A stretch of DNA of 64,000 bases from a bacterium CG_4_9_14_3_um_filter_65_15 (GCA_002790835.1 PFVX01000079.1:3130-67129), one strand, 5' to 3'. Counted from the first letter of the stretch, positions 47,192 to 61,697 are shown. Notes: generated from the sequence alone by a model not told the origin. Translations and numbers: made by a program.

Positions 47192-49564
47192 CTAGTTCCG
47201 CAGGGGTTTGCCCGTTTTCAGGATGTATTCCATGCGCTCGAGGGTCTTGCGCTCGCCGAGCAGGCGCATGAACGCCTCGCGTTCCAGGTCCAGCATGTGC
47301 TTTTCGGTCACCGTGGTGCCGGGCGGCACCGCTCCGCCGCTGATGATGCCGGCCAGGGCCATGCCGATCTTGCGGTCGTGCGTGCTGATGTAGCCGCCCT
47401 GCTCCATGTTGAACAGCACGGACTCGGCCAGGCCGAGACCCGCGGTGCCCATGACGGGGATGGCTTCGTCCGGGACGGGGGAGACGGAGTTGCTCTGGGC
47501 CAGGGCGAGGGCCAGGTCCTTGGCGTCGGCGGTCAGGTGGTCGCGGTTCATGGACCAGGAGTCGCCGGGGCGCAGGAAGCCCAGCTCGACCGCCTCTTCG
47601 CAGCTGGTGGCCACCTTGGCCGTGCCGATGGTCTCGAAGGTGCGGCGGAAGGCCGGTTGCAGGTCCTTCTTGTCCGTCAGCAACGCCACGTTGCGCTGGT
47701 AAAGGCGCAGGCAACCGCCGCCGGCGGGGATCACGCCCGCGCCGAATTCGACCAGGCCGATGTAGGTCTCGGCGGCGCAGCGCACGGCGTTGGCGCCCAT
47801 GGTCATCTCGCAGCCTCCGCCCAGGGCCATGCCCGAAGGCGCGCTCACCACCGGCACGCCGCAGTGTTCCAGGCGTCCGGTCGCGGTCTGGAAGGCGTGG
47901 ATGATGAGGTTGATGTCTTCCCAGTTGCCCTCGACGGCCTCCATCATCAGCATCATCAGGTTGGCGCCGACGGAGAAGTTGTCCGCGTCGTTGGCCACCA
48001 CCAGGGCGCGCCAGTTCCGCTCGGCCTCCGTGCAGGCGGTCATGACCATGTTCAGGGTGTCCTGGCCGATGGCGTTCATCTTGGAATGGAATTCCAGGCC
48101 CAGCACGCCGTCGCCCAGATCGACGAGGGAGGCGCCGGGGTTGCTCCGCACTTCCTTTTCGCCGCGGCGCAGGACTTCGAAGCGGACGGCCCGCTCGTCG
48201 CCGGGCACCGGCGCAAACACGCCCGGCTCGGCGGTGGGACTCTCCAGGATTCCGTCGGTGGTGCGGTAGATGGATTCGGCGCCGCTCTCGTACAGGGCGT
48301 CCACCCAGGCGGGCAGGGGCAGGGCGTCGGCGCGCATGCGCTCGACGACCTTGCGGAAGCCCAGGGTCTCCCAGGTCTGGAACGGGCCCTGCTTCCAGTT
48401 GAATCCCCAGCACACGGCCTGATCGATCTGCACGGCCTGGTCGCAGATCTCGCCCAGCCGCATGGCGCTGTAGGAGAAGGTTGCGGCCAGCATCTTCCAG
48501 ATGGCTTGGCCGGCCTTGCCCTTGCCGAAGGCCAGCATGCGCAGGGCCTCGGCCTTGTCCTCGATGCTCTTGGCCGCGGCCAGTTCACCGAAGGAGGCCT
48601 TCTGGGTTTCGCGGTACTCCAGGGCTTCGAGGTCCAGGGTGTGGAAGACCTTCTTGCCGTCCACCTTTTCCATCTTGTAGAAACCGGAGCCGGATTTGCG
48701 GCCCAGCAGGCCCTTGGTGATCATGGCGCGCAGGTAGTCGGGCACCTGGAAGATGTCGCGGGCCTCGTCGTCGGGAATCAGGGGCAGGATGTTGTCGGCC
48801 ACGTGGACGAAGGTGTCCAGGCCCACCAGGTCGGCCAGCTTGAAGGTGGCGGTCTTGGGGCGGCCGATGGCCGGACCGGTCAGGGCGTCGACCTCCTCGA
48901 TGGTCAGTCCCATCTCGTCCATGACCTTCACCGTGGCCATCATGGCGTGAACGCCGATGCGGTTGGCCACGAAGTTGGGGGTGTCCTTGCCCGGCACGAT
49001 GCCCTTGCCCAGACGGGTGCGGGCGAAGTCGGCCACGAAATCGGCGATGTCCGGGTCGGTTTCGGCGGTGGGGATCAGTTCGAAGAGCTTCATGTAACGG
49101 GGCGGGTTGAAGAAGTGAGTGCCCAGGAAGCGGGGCCGCAGATCTTCCGGCAACACCGAAGCCATCTCGCCGAGGGACAGGCCGCTGGTGTTGCTGCTGA
49201 AGATCGCCTCGGGGCCGATGTGCGGCGCTGCGTTCTGCAGGACGATCTTCTTGATCTTCATGTCCTCCTTGACCACCTCGATGACCCAATCGGCCTCCTT
49301 CAGGCGCGGCAGGTCGTCTTCGAAGTTGCCGATCTCGATCAGGGCCATGCGGCCGGCCGAGAACAGGGGGGAGGGCTTGGTCTTCTTGAGGGCCCCCACG
49401 GCCCCGGCGGCCACGGCGTTGCGGGAGGCCGGGTCATCCCCCGCACCGGGCGGGACGATGTCCAGCACCAGGGACGGGATCCCGGCGTTGGCGAAGTGGG
49501 CGGCGATGGCGCTGCCCATGACGCCCGATCCGAGCACGGCGACTTTCTTGATCTGCCTGCGCAT
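47192..49564 (-). CDS. fadN: 3-hydroxyacyl-CoA dehydrogenase/enoyl-CoA hydratase
   Basis: GSGVMG, SNTSG, HFFNPP; C-terminal crotonase domain with ALGGGCE; TGKPLRN terminus. Confidence 0.92.
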   Translation of the reverse strand: MRRQIKKVAVLGSGVMGSAIAAHFANAGIPSLVLDIVPPGAGDDPASRNAVAAGAVGALKKTKPSPLFSAGRMALIEIGNFEDDLPRLKEADWVIEVVKEDMKIKKIVLQNAAPHIGPEAIFSSNTSGLSLGEMASVLPEDLRPRFLGTHFFNPPRYMKLFELIPTAETDPDIADFVADFARTRLGKGIVPGKDTPNFVANRIGVHAMMATVKVMDEMGLTIEEVDALTGPAIGRPKTATFKLADLVGLDTFVHVADNILPLIPDDEARDIFQVPDYLRAMITKGLLGRKSGSGFYKMEKVDGKKVFHTLDLEALEYRETQKASFGELAAAKSIEDKAEALRMLAFGKGKAGQAIWKMLAATFSYSAMRLGEICDQAVQIDQAVCWGFNWKQGPFQTWETLGFRKVVERMRADALPLPAWVDALYESGAESIYRTTDGILESPTAEPGVFAPVPGDERAVRFEVLRRGEKEVRSNPGASLVDLGDGVLGLEFHSKMNAIGQDTLNMVMTACTEAERNWRALVVANDADNFSVGANLMMLMMEAVEGNWEDINLIIHAFQTATGRLEHCGVPVVSAPSGMALGGGCEMTMGANAVRCAAETYIGLVEFGAGVIPAGGGCLRLYQRNVALLTDKKDLQPAFRRTFETIGTAKVATSCEEAVELGFLRPGDSWSMNRDHLTADAKDLALALAQSNSVSPVPDEAIPVMGTAGLGLAESVLFNMEQGGYISTHDRKIGMALAGIISGGAVPPGTTVTEKHMLDLEREAFMRLLGERKTLERMEYILKTGKPLRN

Positions 49565-49631
49565 GCCATCCGCCTTTCATCGCGGGCCCGGCAGGATTTG
49601 GCGGGCCGGAGAGGGTGTGGGATCTGGAAAA

Positions 49632-49645
49632 TGAATAGGTATTCA
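49632..49645. promoter_or_regulatory. Putative TetR/FadR operator 1
   Basis: TGAATAGGTATTCA palindrome just downstream of the fadN -10 box. Confidence 0.65.
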
Positions 49646-49647
49646 GT

Positions 49648-49676
49648 ACCATAAACTCTTTCGGCAAATCTGTCAA
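49648..49676 (-). promoter_or_regulatory. Sigma70-type promoter of the fadN operon
   Basis: TTGACA-17 bp-TATGGT on the minus strand. Confidence 0.65.
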
Positions 49677-49790
49677 TAGGTTTACGAAAAACTCGACAAT
49701 GGTCTTGTTTTCCTTAATGAAAGGCTTTATGATCCGATAAGATCCTTGCGAAATTTTGGCAACCCCCTTCGCCGGGGCCCGCGGAAACAA

Positions 49791-49804
49791 TGAATGGATA
49801 TTCA
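49791..49804. promoter_or_regulatory. Putative TetR/FadR operator 2
   Basis: TGAATGGATATTCA immediately before the TetR start codon. Confidence 0.6.
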
Positions 49805-49807
49805 CCG

Positions 49808-50401
49808 ATGGCACGACGCAGCAGTGAAGACAAGAAGGAGCGCATCCTGGATGCGGCCACGGTGGAGATCGCCCGACACGGATATCACCAAACCACCGTA
49901 GCGGTCATCGCGCGGCGCGCCGGCGTGGCCGACGGCACCATCTACCTGTATTTCAAGAACAAGGAAGAGATTCTGGTCTCGCTCTTCGAGCGGGCCCTGG
50001 GCCGGTTCATCGCCAAGGGTCAGGAGCAACTGGAGGGGATGACCGGTGCGGCGGACAAGCTGCGAGCCATCGTCGATCTGCATCTGACCCTCGTGGGCCA
50101 GGACCGCGACCTGGCCATCATCACCCAGGTCGAGCTGCGTCACAGCCTGCATTTTCTGGAAGAGCTGTCCCGGGCCCAGGTGGGGGGATACCTGGCCATC
50201 ATCGCTCAGGTCATCGCCGAGGGCGTGGCATCCGGCCAGTTTCGCGCAGACCTGGATCCCGTGCTGGCGGGCAAGGCCGTGTTCGGCGTGCTGGACGAGA
50301 TGGCCACCGACTGGGTGCTCTCGCGCCGCAACACGCGGCTGGAAGCGAAGGCGCCGGAGGTGACGGAGCTGGTGTTGGGGATGGTTGCCAGCGGCGGTTG
50401 A
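49808..50401 (+). CDS. TetR family regulator (Bacillus FadR/YsiA-like)
   Basis: AGVADGTIYLYFKNKEEIL HTH; AIITQVELR motif; divergent from the beta-oxidation operon. Confidence 0.88.
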   Translation: MARRSSEDKKERILDAATVEIARHGYHQTTVAVIARRAGVADGTIYLYFKNKEEILVSLFERALGRFIAKGQEQLEGMTGAADKLRAIVDLHLTLVGQDRDLAIITQVELRHSLHFLEELSRAQVGGYLAIIAQVIAEGVASGQFRADLDPVLAGKAVFGVLDEMATDWVLSRRNTRLEAKAPEVTELVLGMVASGG

Positions 50402-50487
50402 ATCGCGTCCATTACCGATTGTAATTTCCTGCGATGATTTGATTCAGGATGCAAAAACTGCCACCCATGTGCCGTTTTCCGGCCGTC

Positions 50488-52416
50488 CTACATGGCCGGG
50501 ACCGGCAAGATCACCCTGATCGTCGTTCCCTCGCCGGGCGTGCTGTCCACCGCGAGAAATCCGTCGTGGCTGCGCACGATCCCCTGCACCGAACTCATCC
50601 CCAGGCCGCGCCCGGTGAACTTGGTGCTGAAGAACGGTTCGACCACCCGGTCTGCCGTGGCGGCATCCATGCCGCAGCCGTCGTCGGAGACTTCCAGGCA
50701 GACGAAGGCGGCGGGCGTCGACCCTGTTCCCGGATTTTCCAGATCGGCGACCAGAGGGTCGTCGGCCGCGACCCTGCGAGTTGCGATGCCGATCCGTCCC
50801 GATTTTTCGCCGATGGCCTCGCGGGCGTTGTTGACCAGGTTGAGGACCACCTGCTGCATCTGGCCGGGGTCCGCCCGTAGCACAGGCAGGTCTTCGGCCA
50901 GGTCGATGGTGAGGGTCGCGTGTTTGCCGCCGGAAATTTCCACCAGGTCGATCATGTTCCGGATCAGCGGGGTCAGGGCGACCTCCCGGGCGTCGAGGTT
51001 GGCCGAACCCGAATAGGCCAACATTTGCCGGCAGAGCTTGGCTGCCCTGCTGCCGGCTTCCTCGATGACTGCGAGGTGCTTGTGGAGGTCGTCGGGTCGG
51101 CCGACGTCTTCGTGGGCCAGGGAGGCGTGACCCAGGATGGCGGTCAGCAGGTTGTTGAAGCGATGGGCGATGCCTCCGGACAGCACGCCGAGACTTTCCA
51201 GGCGTTGGGTATGCTCCATATTCAAGGCCTGATCGGCCCTCTCCTGTTCGCGGAGCACCTGGGAGGTCACATCCTGGACCGTGCCCAGGGACCGCAGAGG
51301 TTTTCCCTCGCTGTCCCGTTCGGTTTGACAGCGTTCATGGACATGGCGGACCTGCTGGCTGCCGTCTGCGTCCCGCAGCAGCAAACGGTGCCGGATATTG
51401 TACGGAGCGTCCTGTTCGATATGGGCGGTGTAGGCCGCATTGACCCGCACACGGTCGTCCGGATGGATCGTGTCGAGGAAAGCCTCGTAGGAGGCGCCGA
51501 ATTTCTCGGAGTCGATCCCGAAGATCCGGTAGACCTCGTCCGACCACCACAAATTGTTTCCCCGCAAATCGAGTTCCCAACTGCCGATCCTGGCCAAGCG
51601 TTGGGCGGCCTGCAGGTTGCATTGCAGCCGTTTGAGTTCGGAGATGTCGGTCATGGCCAGGATAACCCGGCTCCAGTCCTCCGACGCGGTGGGAAAGAGG
51701 ATGAACGACAGGAGCACGTCCACGGGCGATCCGTCGGATCGTCGCACCTGGCCTTCGATGGCTGCTCGGGAAGATCCCTGGGCCAGTTGCGCGATCCCCT
51801 CGGCGAAGGTGGGATAGTCCGCTTCGTCGAAGACTTCGCCGAGGCCCAGCAGGGCGGTTTCCCGGTTCGGGATCCGACCGAGTGCGAGGGCGGCCCGGTT
51901 GACGTCCAGAATTCGCACCCGTGCGGCGCATTCCCTCAGGAGATCCGGATGGGACAGGAGATGGGCACGCAGGTCCGTGACGGCCCTTTGCTGGAGATCG
52001 TCAACGATTTCCTTGACCCCCGAGAGATCTTCCTCCCACAGGGGCACCGGCGACATATCGAACAGGGAGTGGTTCCGCTCTGCCGTGTCCAGGCACTGGA
52101 CCAGGATATGGTCCGACTGCTGCCAACGGATTGGTCGGCAACGGACTTCGACCGGGATTGCGGCCCCATCCTTGTGCCGCAGATCGGTCCGGCACGGCGA
52201 TGGTCCCGCCGCAACCGCGACGGCAGAGGCAGAGGGGAGAGCGAGGTCGGGAAAAAGGTCGGCGCTGGGGCGGCCCGGCAGCTCGCCCGGTTCATATCCG
52301 GACAGGCCACACAGACGCGCATTGACGAAAACGATGGACCCGTCCGCGCCCACGAGGCACACCGCTTCGGTGGAATGGGCAACGATGATATCCAGCAGAT
52401 CCCGGTCCGGATCCAT
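50488..52416 (-). CDS. Cytoplasmic multi-PAS sensor histidine kinase
   Basis: Three PAS/PAC-like segments; GGIAH H-box, NLVNNA, DDGCGM, PFFSTK, GRGLG; no receiver domain. Confidence 0.88.
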   Translation of the reverse strand: MDPDRDLLDIIVAHSTEAVCLVGADGSIVFVNARLCGLSGYEPGELPGRPSADLFPDLALPSASAVAVAAGPSPCRTDLRHKDGAAIPVEVRCRPIRWQQSDHILVQCLDTAERNHSLFDMSPVPLWEEDLSGVKEIVDDLQQRAVTDLRAHLLSHPDLLRECAARVRILDVNRAALALGRIPNRETALLGLGEVFDEADYPTFAEGIAQLAQGSSRAAIEGQVRRSDGSPVDVLLSFILFPTASEDWSRVILAMTDISELKRLQCNLQAAQRLARIGSWELDLRGNNLWWSDEVYRIFGIDSEKFGASYEAFLDTIHPDDRVRVNAAYTAHIEQDAPYNIRHRLLLRDADGSQQVRHVHERCQTERDSEGKPLRSLGTVQDVTSQVLREQERADQALNMEHTQRLESLGVLSGGIAHRFNNLLTAILGHASLAHEDVGRPDDLHKHLAVIEEAGSRAAKLCRQMLAYSGSANLDAREVALTPLIRNMIDLVEISGGKHATLTIDLAEDLPVLRADPGQMQQVVLNLVNNAREAIGEKSGRIGIATRRVAADDPLVADLENPGTGSTPAAFVCLEVSDDGCGMDAATADRVVEPFFSTKFTGRGLGMSSVQGIVRSHDGFLAVDSTPGEGTTIRVILPVPAM

Positions 52417-52511
52417 GCCGCCCCCAAGGTCGGAGGAAAGGATTATGATATTTCTTTACCCCATATCCGGAGGAACTTCAAGACAATCCCCTTTCAATTT
52501 CGAGCCGGCCA

Positions 52512-52820
52512 TCAGGCCACGACGACCTCGTAGCCTTCGAAATCCGGATGCCCGAGATACGTGCCTTCGGGGGCGCGGGATTTTCCGTGGGCGGCCCGGA
52601 ACTCCTCCGACTCGGTCCAGGCCAAGAAGGCTTCGCGGGAATCCCAGGTGGAATGGGAGATGAAAAGCGTGCCGCCGCCATCGAGCTCGGGGCCGCGCAG
52701 CAACTGGAAGGTCTGGAAACCCGGAACGGAGTCGAGACGGGACTCGCGGGTGCGCCAAACCTCTGCGAAACCGTCCTCGAATCCGGCGGCGATGCGGAAC
52801 CTGTTCATGGCGATATACAT
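52512..52820 (-). CDS. Antibiotic biosynthesis monooxygenase (IsdG-like heme-degrading family)
   Basis: MYIAMNRF, PGF and W..S..FRAAH (Asn/Trp/His triad); AGGAG RBS. Confidence 0.85.
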   Translation of the reverse strand: MYIAMNRFRIAAGFEDGFAEVWRTRESRLDSVPGFQTFQLLRGPELDGGGTLFISHSTWDSREAFLAWTESEEFRAAHGKSRAPEGTYLGHPDFEGYEVVVA

Positions 52821-53024
52821 GATTGCAACTCCTTGATGGGGTGGCGATAACCATCGTCCGCCATGATAAGTGGGGAAAGGGAAGCCGGCACCCGGCCATG
52901 GATGATAAAAAAATAACAAAACTCCCTGGCCAACTTGCTTCCACGGCCTGGACGGACGATTTTCCCTACGCAGGCGGATGTGGTAGCCTGTGCCGAACCC
53001 GACCTGGCTGAAAGTGATGGTCCC

Positions 53025-54922
53025 ATGCCCGCTGCCGACAACAACTCTCGAACTTTCTCTCTGGGAGAGTTTCCCGTTCCGGACCCGGAAGCCTGGCGCA
53101 CCGAGGTCGAACGGCTGCTCAAGGGCGCGCCCTTCGAGAAAGCCATGCTCACCCGGACCCTCGAGGGCATCACCCTGGAGCCCATGCCCACGGCCCGCGA
53201 TACCGTCGATTTGCCCTGGCTGGGTTCGCTTCCCGGGCAGCAACCGTTCGTGCGCGGGTCGCGCTCCGGCGGATACCACGAGGCCCCGTGGCTCATCGCC
53301 CAGGAAATCCGGCTCCCTCTGCCGACCGAAGTGAACGCCGCCCTGCGCCACGACCTGGGCCGGGGGCAGACGGCCGTGAACCTGGTCCTGGATGCGACCG
53401 GCCGGGCCGGGATCGCCGTGGAGGATCTGCAGCCCTGTCTGGCCGGCGTGGATCTGCAGGGGATACCCGTGATGTTGGACGCTGGCCCAGCCTCCCGCGC
53501 TGCGGCTGCCGAGCTGGCCGAGCTTTGGAAACAAGCGGGGGTGGACCTTTCTTCGGCCACCGCCTACCTGGGTTGCGACCCGGTGGCCGGTCTGGCCCAG
53601 GAGGGCGGCTTGCCCCAGCCTGCCGAGCGGCTTTACGACCAGCTCGCGGAATTGACCCGCTGGGCCGCCGCGGCACCGCAGGTGCGGACCCTGCCCGTGC
53701 GGGAGACCGTCTGGCACGACGGGGGCGCCGACCACGCCCTCTCCCTGGGGCTGACCCTGGCCGGAGCGGCCCATGCGTTGCGGGAGATGGAACAGCGCGG
53801 CATCGATCTGCAGGAGGCGGTGGGCCGGATCCATTTCCATGTCTGCGTCGACGCCGATTTCTTCATGTCCCTGACCAAGTTGCGGGCCCTGCGCCTGCTG
53901 TGGAGCCGGATGCAGTCGGCCGCGGGCCTCGATCCCCAGGCCGCCTGGATCCACGCGCGCACCAGCCGGCGCATGGCGTCGTTTCTGGAGCCGTATCCCA
54001 ACCTGCTGCGGGGCACCACCGCGGCCATGTCCGCCGTGCTGGGCGGCGTCGAAAGCCTGCACGTCGATCCCTTCGCTGCCCCAGCAGCGGGTCAGCCGGA
54101 TGAGTTCGGCCGGCACCTGGCCCGCAACGTGCAACTGATCCTGGCCCACGAATGCCACCTGGGCCAGGTCACCGATCCGGCCGGGGGCGCCTGGCATCCG
54201 GAGAAGCTCACCGCCGACCTCGCGGCCCGGGCCTGGGAACATGTGCGGGCGGTGGAGCAGGCCGGAGGCGTCATCCCCGCCCTGCGCAGCGGATTGATCC
54301 AGGAAAAGGTCTCCGCGGCCGCTGCCGAACGTCGCCGGCGGCTGTCCACCGGGAGGGACGCCATGGTGGGCGTGAACCGGTATTGCGATCCTGGCACCAT
54401 CCTAGCCAAGCCCTCACCTGCGGATCTGGTGGACACCCCGCCGGAGTCGCAGATGGTTGATCCGATCCGCGCGCGGCGGGACGCCGAACCGTTCGAAGCC
54501 ATCCGGCGGCGGGTGTTGTCCGGTGGCGAGCGGCCGGCCACGCGGGTCGGGTGCATCTGTCTGGGGGACCCCGCCCGCTACATGCCCCGGCTGGATTTCG
54601 TGCGGGGATTTTTTCAGGCGGGTGGCTTCACCGTGGTTCTCGGTGATTTCGCCGAGGCCCCGGATGATGCGGCCCGGCTGGCCGAGCAGGCGAACGCCTC
54701 GACCCTGGTCATCACCGGGCTGGACGAGACCTATGCCGAACAAGCCGCCGCGCTGGCCGGTCTGCTGAAGAAGATGGGTCCGCAGCCGCGAGTTCTGCTG
54801 GCCGGCCAACCCGGCCCACGGGAAGAAGAGTGGCGAACCGCCGGGGTGGACGAATTCCTGCACGCCGGCAGCGACATGCTCGATGTGCTGGCTCGAACGG
54901 CCGCCGGCACGGAGGTTTCGTC

Positions 54923-54926
<4 letters not shown>
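53025..54926 (+). CDS. mutA: Methylmalonyl-CoA mutase small subunit
   Basis: [33 protein letters not shown]; lacks the DxHxxG motif. Confidence 0.88.
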
Positions 54927-57081
<2,155 letters not shown>

Positions 57082-57085
<4 letters not shown>

Positions 57086-58227
57086 CGCGCAAACCCGGTC
57101 GCGACCCCGACAAGCCCTCCGCCCTGCACGTGCGCAAGGGTGTCACCGGGGGTCACGACGGCCTGCCCGGCAACTCCGCCAGGGAGCGCCTCGGAGGCAA
57201 GGGTGGAAACGGTTCGCCGCCTCCCATCCTGTCCGTCGCGGATTACATCGACGGCGTGCGGGCCGGGGACCGGGTGATCCTCGGTCGGGCCATCACCCTT
57301 ATCGAGTCGGGGGTGCCGGCGCACCAGGCGTTGGCCCAGGAAGTCCTCACCGGGCTGCTGCCGCATCGCGTCGAGGCGGTGCGGGTGGGCATCACCGGGG
57401 TGCCCGGCGCGGGCAAGAGCACCCTCATCGAGGCGCTGGGGCTGCACCTGATCTCCCAGGGGCACCAGGTCGCCGTCACCGCCGTCGACCCCAGCAGCAG
57501 CCTGAGCGGCGGGAGCATCCTGGGCGACAAGACCCGCATGGAGAAGCTCGCCGCAGCGCCCGAGGCCTTCATCCGTCCGTCACCTGCCAGCGGTACGCTG
57601 GGTGGGGTGGCACGCAAGACCCGCGAGACCATCGTGCTGTTCGAGGCCGCTGGCTATGACGTGGTCCTGGTAGAGACCGTGGGGGTGGGCCAGAGCGAGG
57701 CGGTGGTCCGCTCCATGGTGGATTTCTTCATGCTGGTGCTGCTGGCCGGAGCCGGTGACGAGCTGCAGGGCATCAAGAAGGGCGTCATGGAGCTGGCCGA
57801 CGTCATCGTCATCAACAAGGCCGACGGGGCCGGGCGGACGGCCGCCGAGGCCGCGCGCGCCGAGTTCGAACGGGTGCTGCATTATCTGCGTCCGGCCACT
57901 TCCGGCTGGGAGACCCGCGCGGTGCTCAGCTCCGCCCTCAGGGGCGAGGGCGTGGCCGACCTGTGGGACGGGATCATGGAATTCATGGCCGCCGGCCTCG
58001 CCTCGGGCACCCTGGCCGAGCGGCGCTCCTCCCAGGAGCGCGCCTGGCTGCACGCATTGGTGCGCGAAGGATTGGAAGTCATCTTCAACGGGCACCCGGG
58101 GGTTCGCGAAAAGATGACCGAGCTGGAAAACGACGTGGCCGCAGGGCGGTTGCCCGCCACCGCGGCCGCGCAGTTGCTCCTCGATTACTTTTCCTCGGGC
58201 CGGAAGCCTAACGATACAGGCTCTTGA
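57082..58227 (+). CDS. meaB: Methylmalonyl-CoA mutase-associated GTPase
   Basis: [29 protein letters not shown]. Confidence 0.93.
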
Positions 58228-58384
58228 TCTTGCCCCAGGCCTGCGGTTCGTCGGCCACGCTGAGCGCGCCGCACACGATATCCCCGAAGACGATCGATTT
58301 TCCGCCGCCGGTCTTGGCCGGGAAGGTGAACATGTCCTCCCAGCCGCTGCCCTCTGCGGGGCGGGGGCTGGCGGACCTGCAGGA
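58208..58384 (-). pseudogene. C-terminal remnant of a protein ending in the WGxxKxxYR tail
   Basis: Minus frame reads ...[48 protein letters not shown]; bounded upstream by TAG at 58385-58387; absent from the ORF track. Confidence 0.65.
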
Positions 58385-58559
58385 CTACTACCGGATGCTG
58401 TCCGGGTCTGCGCACCCCGACCGGGCCTTGGCCCTGGCCCGGGCCCAGCGGCACATGATCGCGGGCGAGGGTGCGGCTGCGGCCGGAGGATTGGATAGCG
58501 GATTTCCCGGTTTCTGGGCCGGCTTCGTGCTCAGCGGGAACGGGTCCGCCGGTCCCTGA
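58366..58559 (+). pseudogene. C-terminal remnant of a CHAT (caspase-like) domain
   Basis: DYYRML...RALALARAQRHMI...PGFWAGFVLSG matches the terminal CHAT motif. Confidence 0.65.
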
Positions 58560-58656
58560 CCATTGGTCCCCGCCTACCGGGGATTTGGTGTCCGGGCGCA
58601 TGTCCTGTTACATTGCCGCGAAACCATCGGCCAAAATTCCCTGTCTCGAGGATGCC

Positions 58657-60261
<1,605 letters not shown>

Positions 60262-60380
60262 AATTTTTGTAAGGCCAATCCGTTTCCCCAAACAGGGCAT
60301 ACGTGTGCGTCGAGCAGGAGCAGCCAGGTCCTATCCGGCTCGCACAATCCCCGGGAGATGCCGAAGTGAAGGTGGGGGAA

Positions 60381-60415
60381 TCGGGGCCGTCCTCAGGGGC
60401 TGCCCCGTATTTTAT
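60381..60415. terminator. Hairpin between convergent cysS and threonine synthase-like genes
   Basis: CGGGGC...GCCCCG stem followed by TATTTT. Confidence 0.4.
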
Positions 60416-61695
60416 GCTGCGGGGTCGATGGGTTCGGGGATCGTCACGGCAGCCAGGGCCGCGTCGACATCCTTGAGGCCGTTGCCGGTGACCAGGACGG
60501 CGACCGCTTCGGTGCCTTTGATCAGGCCCTGGTCGCGCGCCGCGATGATGCCCGCCAGACCGGCCGCGCCGCTGGGCTCGGCGAACACCCCGGCCAAGCG
60601 TGCCAGCTGCCCGATGGCTTCGGTGATGGCCTCGTCCGGCACTGCGAGGAACGCTCCGCCGGTGCGGCTGACGTAGCGCCAGGCTTTCACCCGGTTGCGC
60701 GGGATGCCCACGCTGATGGAATCGGCGAGGGTCTGGGGCACGATACTCGGCACCGCAGCGAGAATTCCCGGGCCGCTCAGGGTGGCCGGGTCTCGGCGGC
60801 AGTCCCGCCAGGCGGAGGCCAGGGGGGCGGCGCCGGCGGCCTGGACGCCGATCACGCGCGGAAGGCGGTCGATGATCCGGAGGTGATGGAGTTCGAGCAG
60901 ACCCTTGGCCACCGAGGAGACGATGCAGCCGTCGCCCACCGGCACCATCACCACATCGGGCAGGGCGCCGGGGCAGTCGCGTACGAGCTCCAGGATGGCG
61001 GTCTTCTTGCCCTCGACCAGCAGCGGGTTGTGGGCGCAGTTGCGACTGTACCATCCGTGCTGTTCGATGCGGCGCAGGGAGAGGTCGAAGGTCTGGTCGT
61101 AGGTGCCGTCGACCCGTACCAGATCGCTGCCGTGGACCAGCAACTGGGCCAGCTTGGCGCGGGGAGCCGCCGCAGGCACGAAGATCGAAGCCTTCAACCC
61201 CGCGCGAGCCGCCATGACCGCCAGGGAGGCTGCGGCGTTGCCCGTCGAGGCGCAGGCGATGTGATCGATGCCCAGCTGCACGGCCCGCGCGATGGCGACC
61301 GCGGCTGCCCGGTCCTTCAGGCTGCCCGAAGGCAGCCGGGTGTCGTCCTTGAGAATCAGCGCAGCCAGACCCAGGTGCTGCGCCAGACGCGGCGCAGTCA
61401 GAGGCGCCAGGCCCGCCACGTCCCAGCCGGGATGCCGGGCCTCGGGCTGCACGGGCAGCTGGTCGGCGAACCGCCACAGTCCCGACACGGGTCCCGAAGC
61501 GAACCATCTTGAGTCGGCACGCGCCTTGGCGGCCAGGTCGTCCAGGTCGTACTCGACGTCGAGGATGCCGTCGACGCCGCAGTCGGCACACACGAAGCCG
61601 GCGTAATCGATGGGGTAGACGCGATTGCAGACCACGCAGCGGCAACCCGTCCACAACGGGTTCGAAGTGACGACCGGAAGCGGCAAGGCACCCAC
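60412..61695 (-). CDS. Threonine synthase-like fold-type II PLP enzyme
   Basis: N-terminal CxxC...CxxC, SGSLKDR, ASTGNA, EGKKT, PVGDG, EPSGAA, LVTGNGLKD; start uncertain. Confidence 0.8.
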   Translation of the reverse strand: MGALPLPVVTSNPLWTGCRCVVCNRVYPIDYAGFVCADCGVDGILDVEYDLDDLAAKARADSRWFASGPVSGLWRFADQLPVQPEARHPGWDVAGLAPLTAPRLAQHLGLAALILKDDTRLPSGSLKDRAAAVAIARAVQLGIDHIACASTGNAAASLAVMAARAGLKASIFVPAAAPRAKLAQLLVHGSDLVRVDGTYDQTFDLSLRRIEQHGWYSRNCAHNPLLVEGKKTAILELVRDCPGALPDVVMVPVGDGCIVSSVAKGLLELHHLRIIDRLPRVIGVQAAGAAPLASAWRDCRRDPATLSGPGILAAVPSIVPQTLADSISVGIPRNRVKAWRYVSRTGGAFLAVPDEAITEAIGQLARLAGVFAEPSGAAGLAGIIAARDQGLIKGTEAVAVLVTGNGLKDVDAALAAVTIPEPIDPAA

Positions 61696-61697
61696 CG

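Noticed and set aside
45968..49654. 1228-aa plus-strand ORF, and similar long ORFs such as 10109-12787, 6178-8124 and 31651-33789
   Set aside because: They are antisense shadows of well-supported genes, expected in high-GC DNA, and contain no recognisable motifs
52870..52900. AAAGGGAAGCCGG upstream of the mutase genes, resembling part of a cobalamin riboswitch
   Set aside because: The downstream conserved elements (GCCACTG and the B12 box) are not visible; an Rfam scan would be decisive
60262..60411. Intergenic sequence with GCAGCC and CAGGTCC words reminiscent of SRP RNA
   Set aside because: The order and pairing do not match the SRP helix 8 motif
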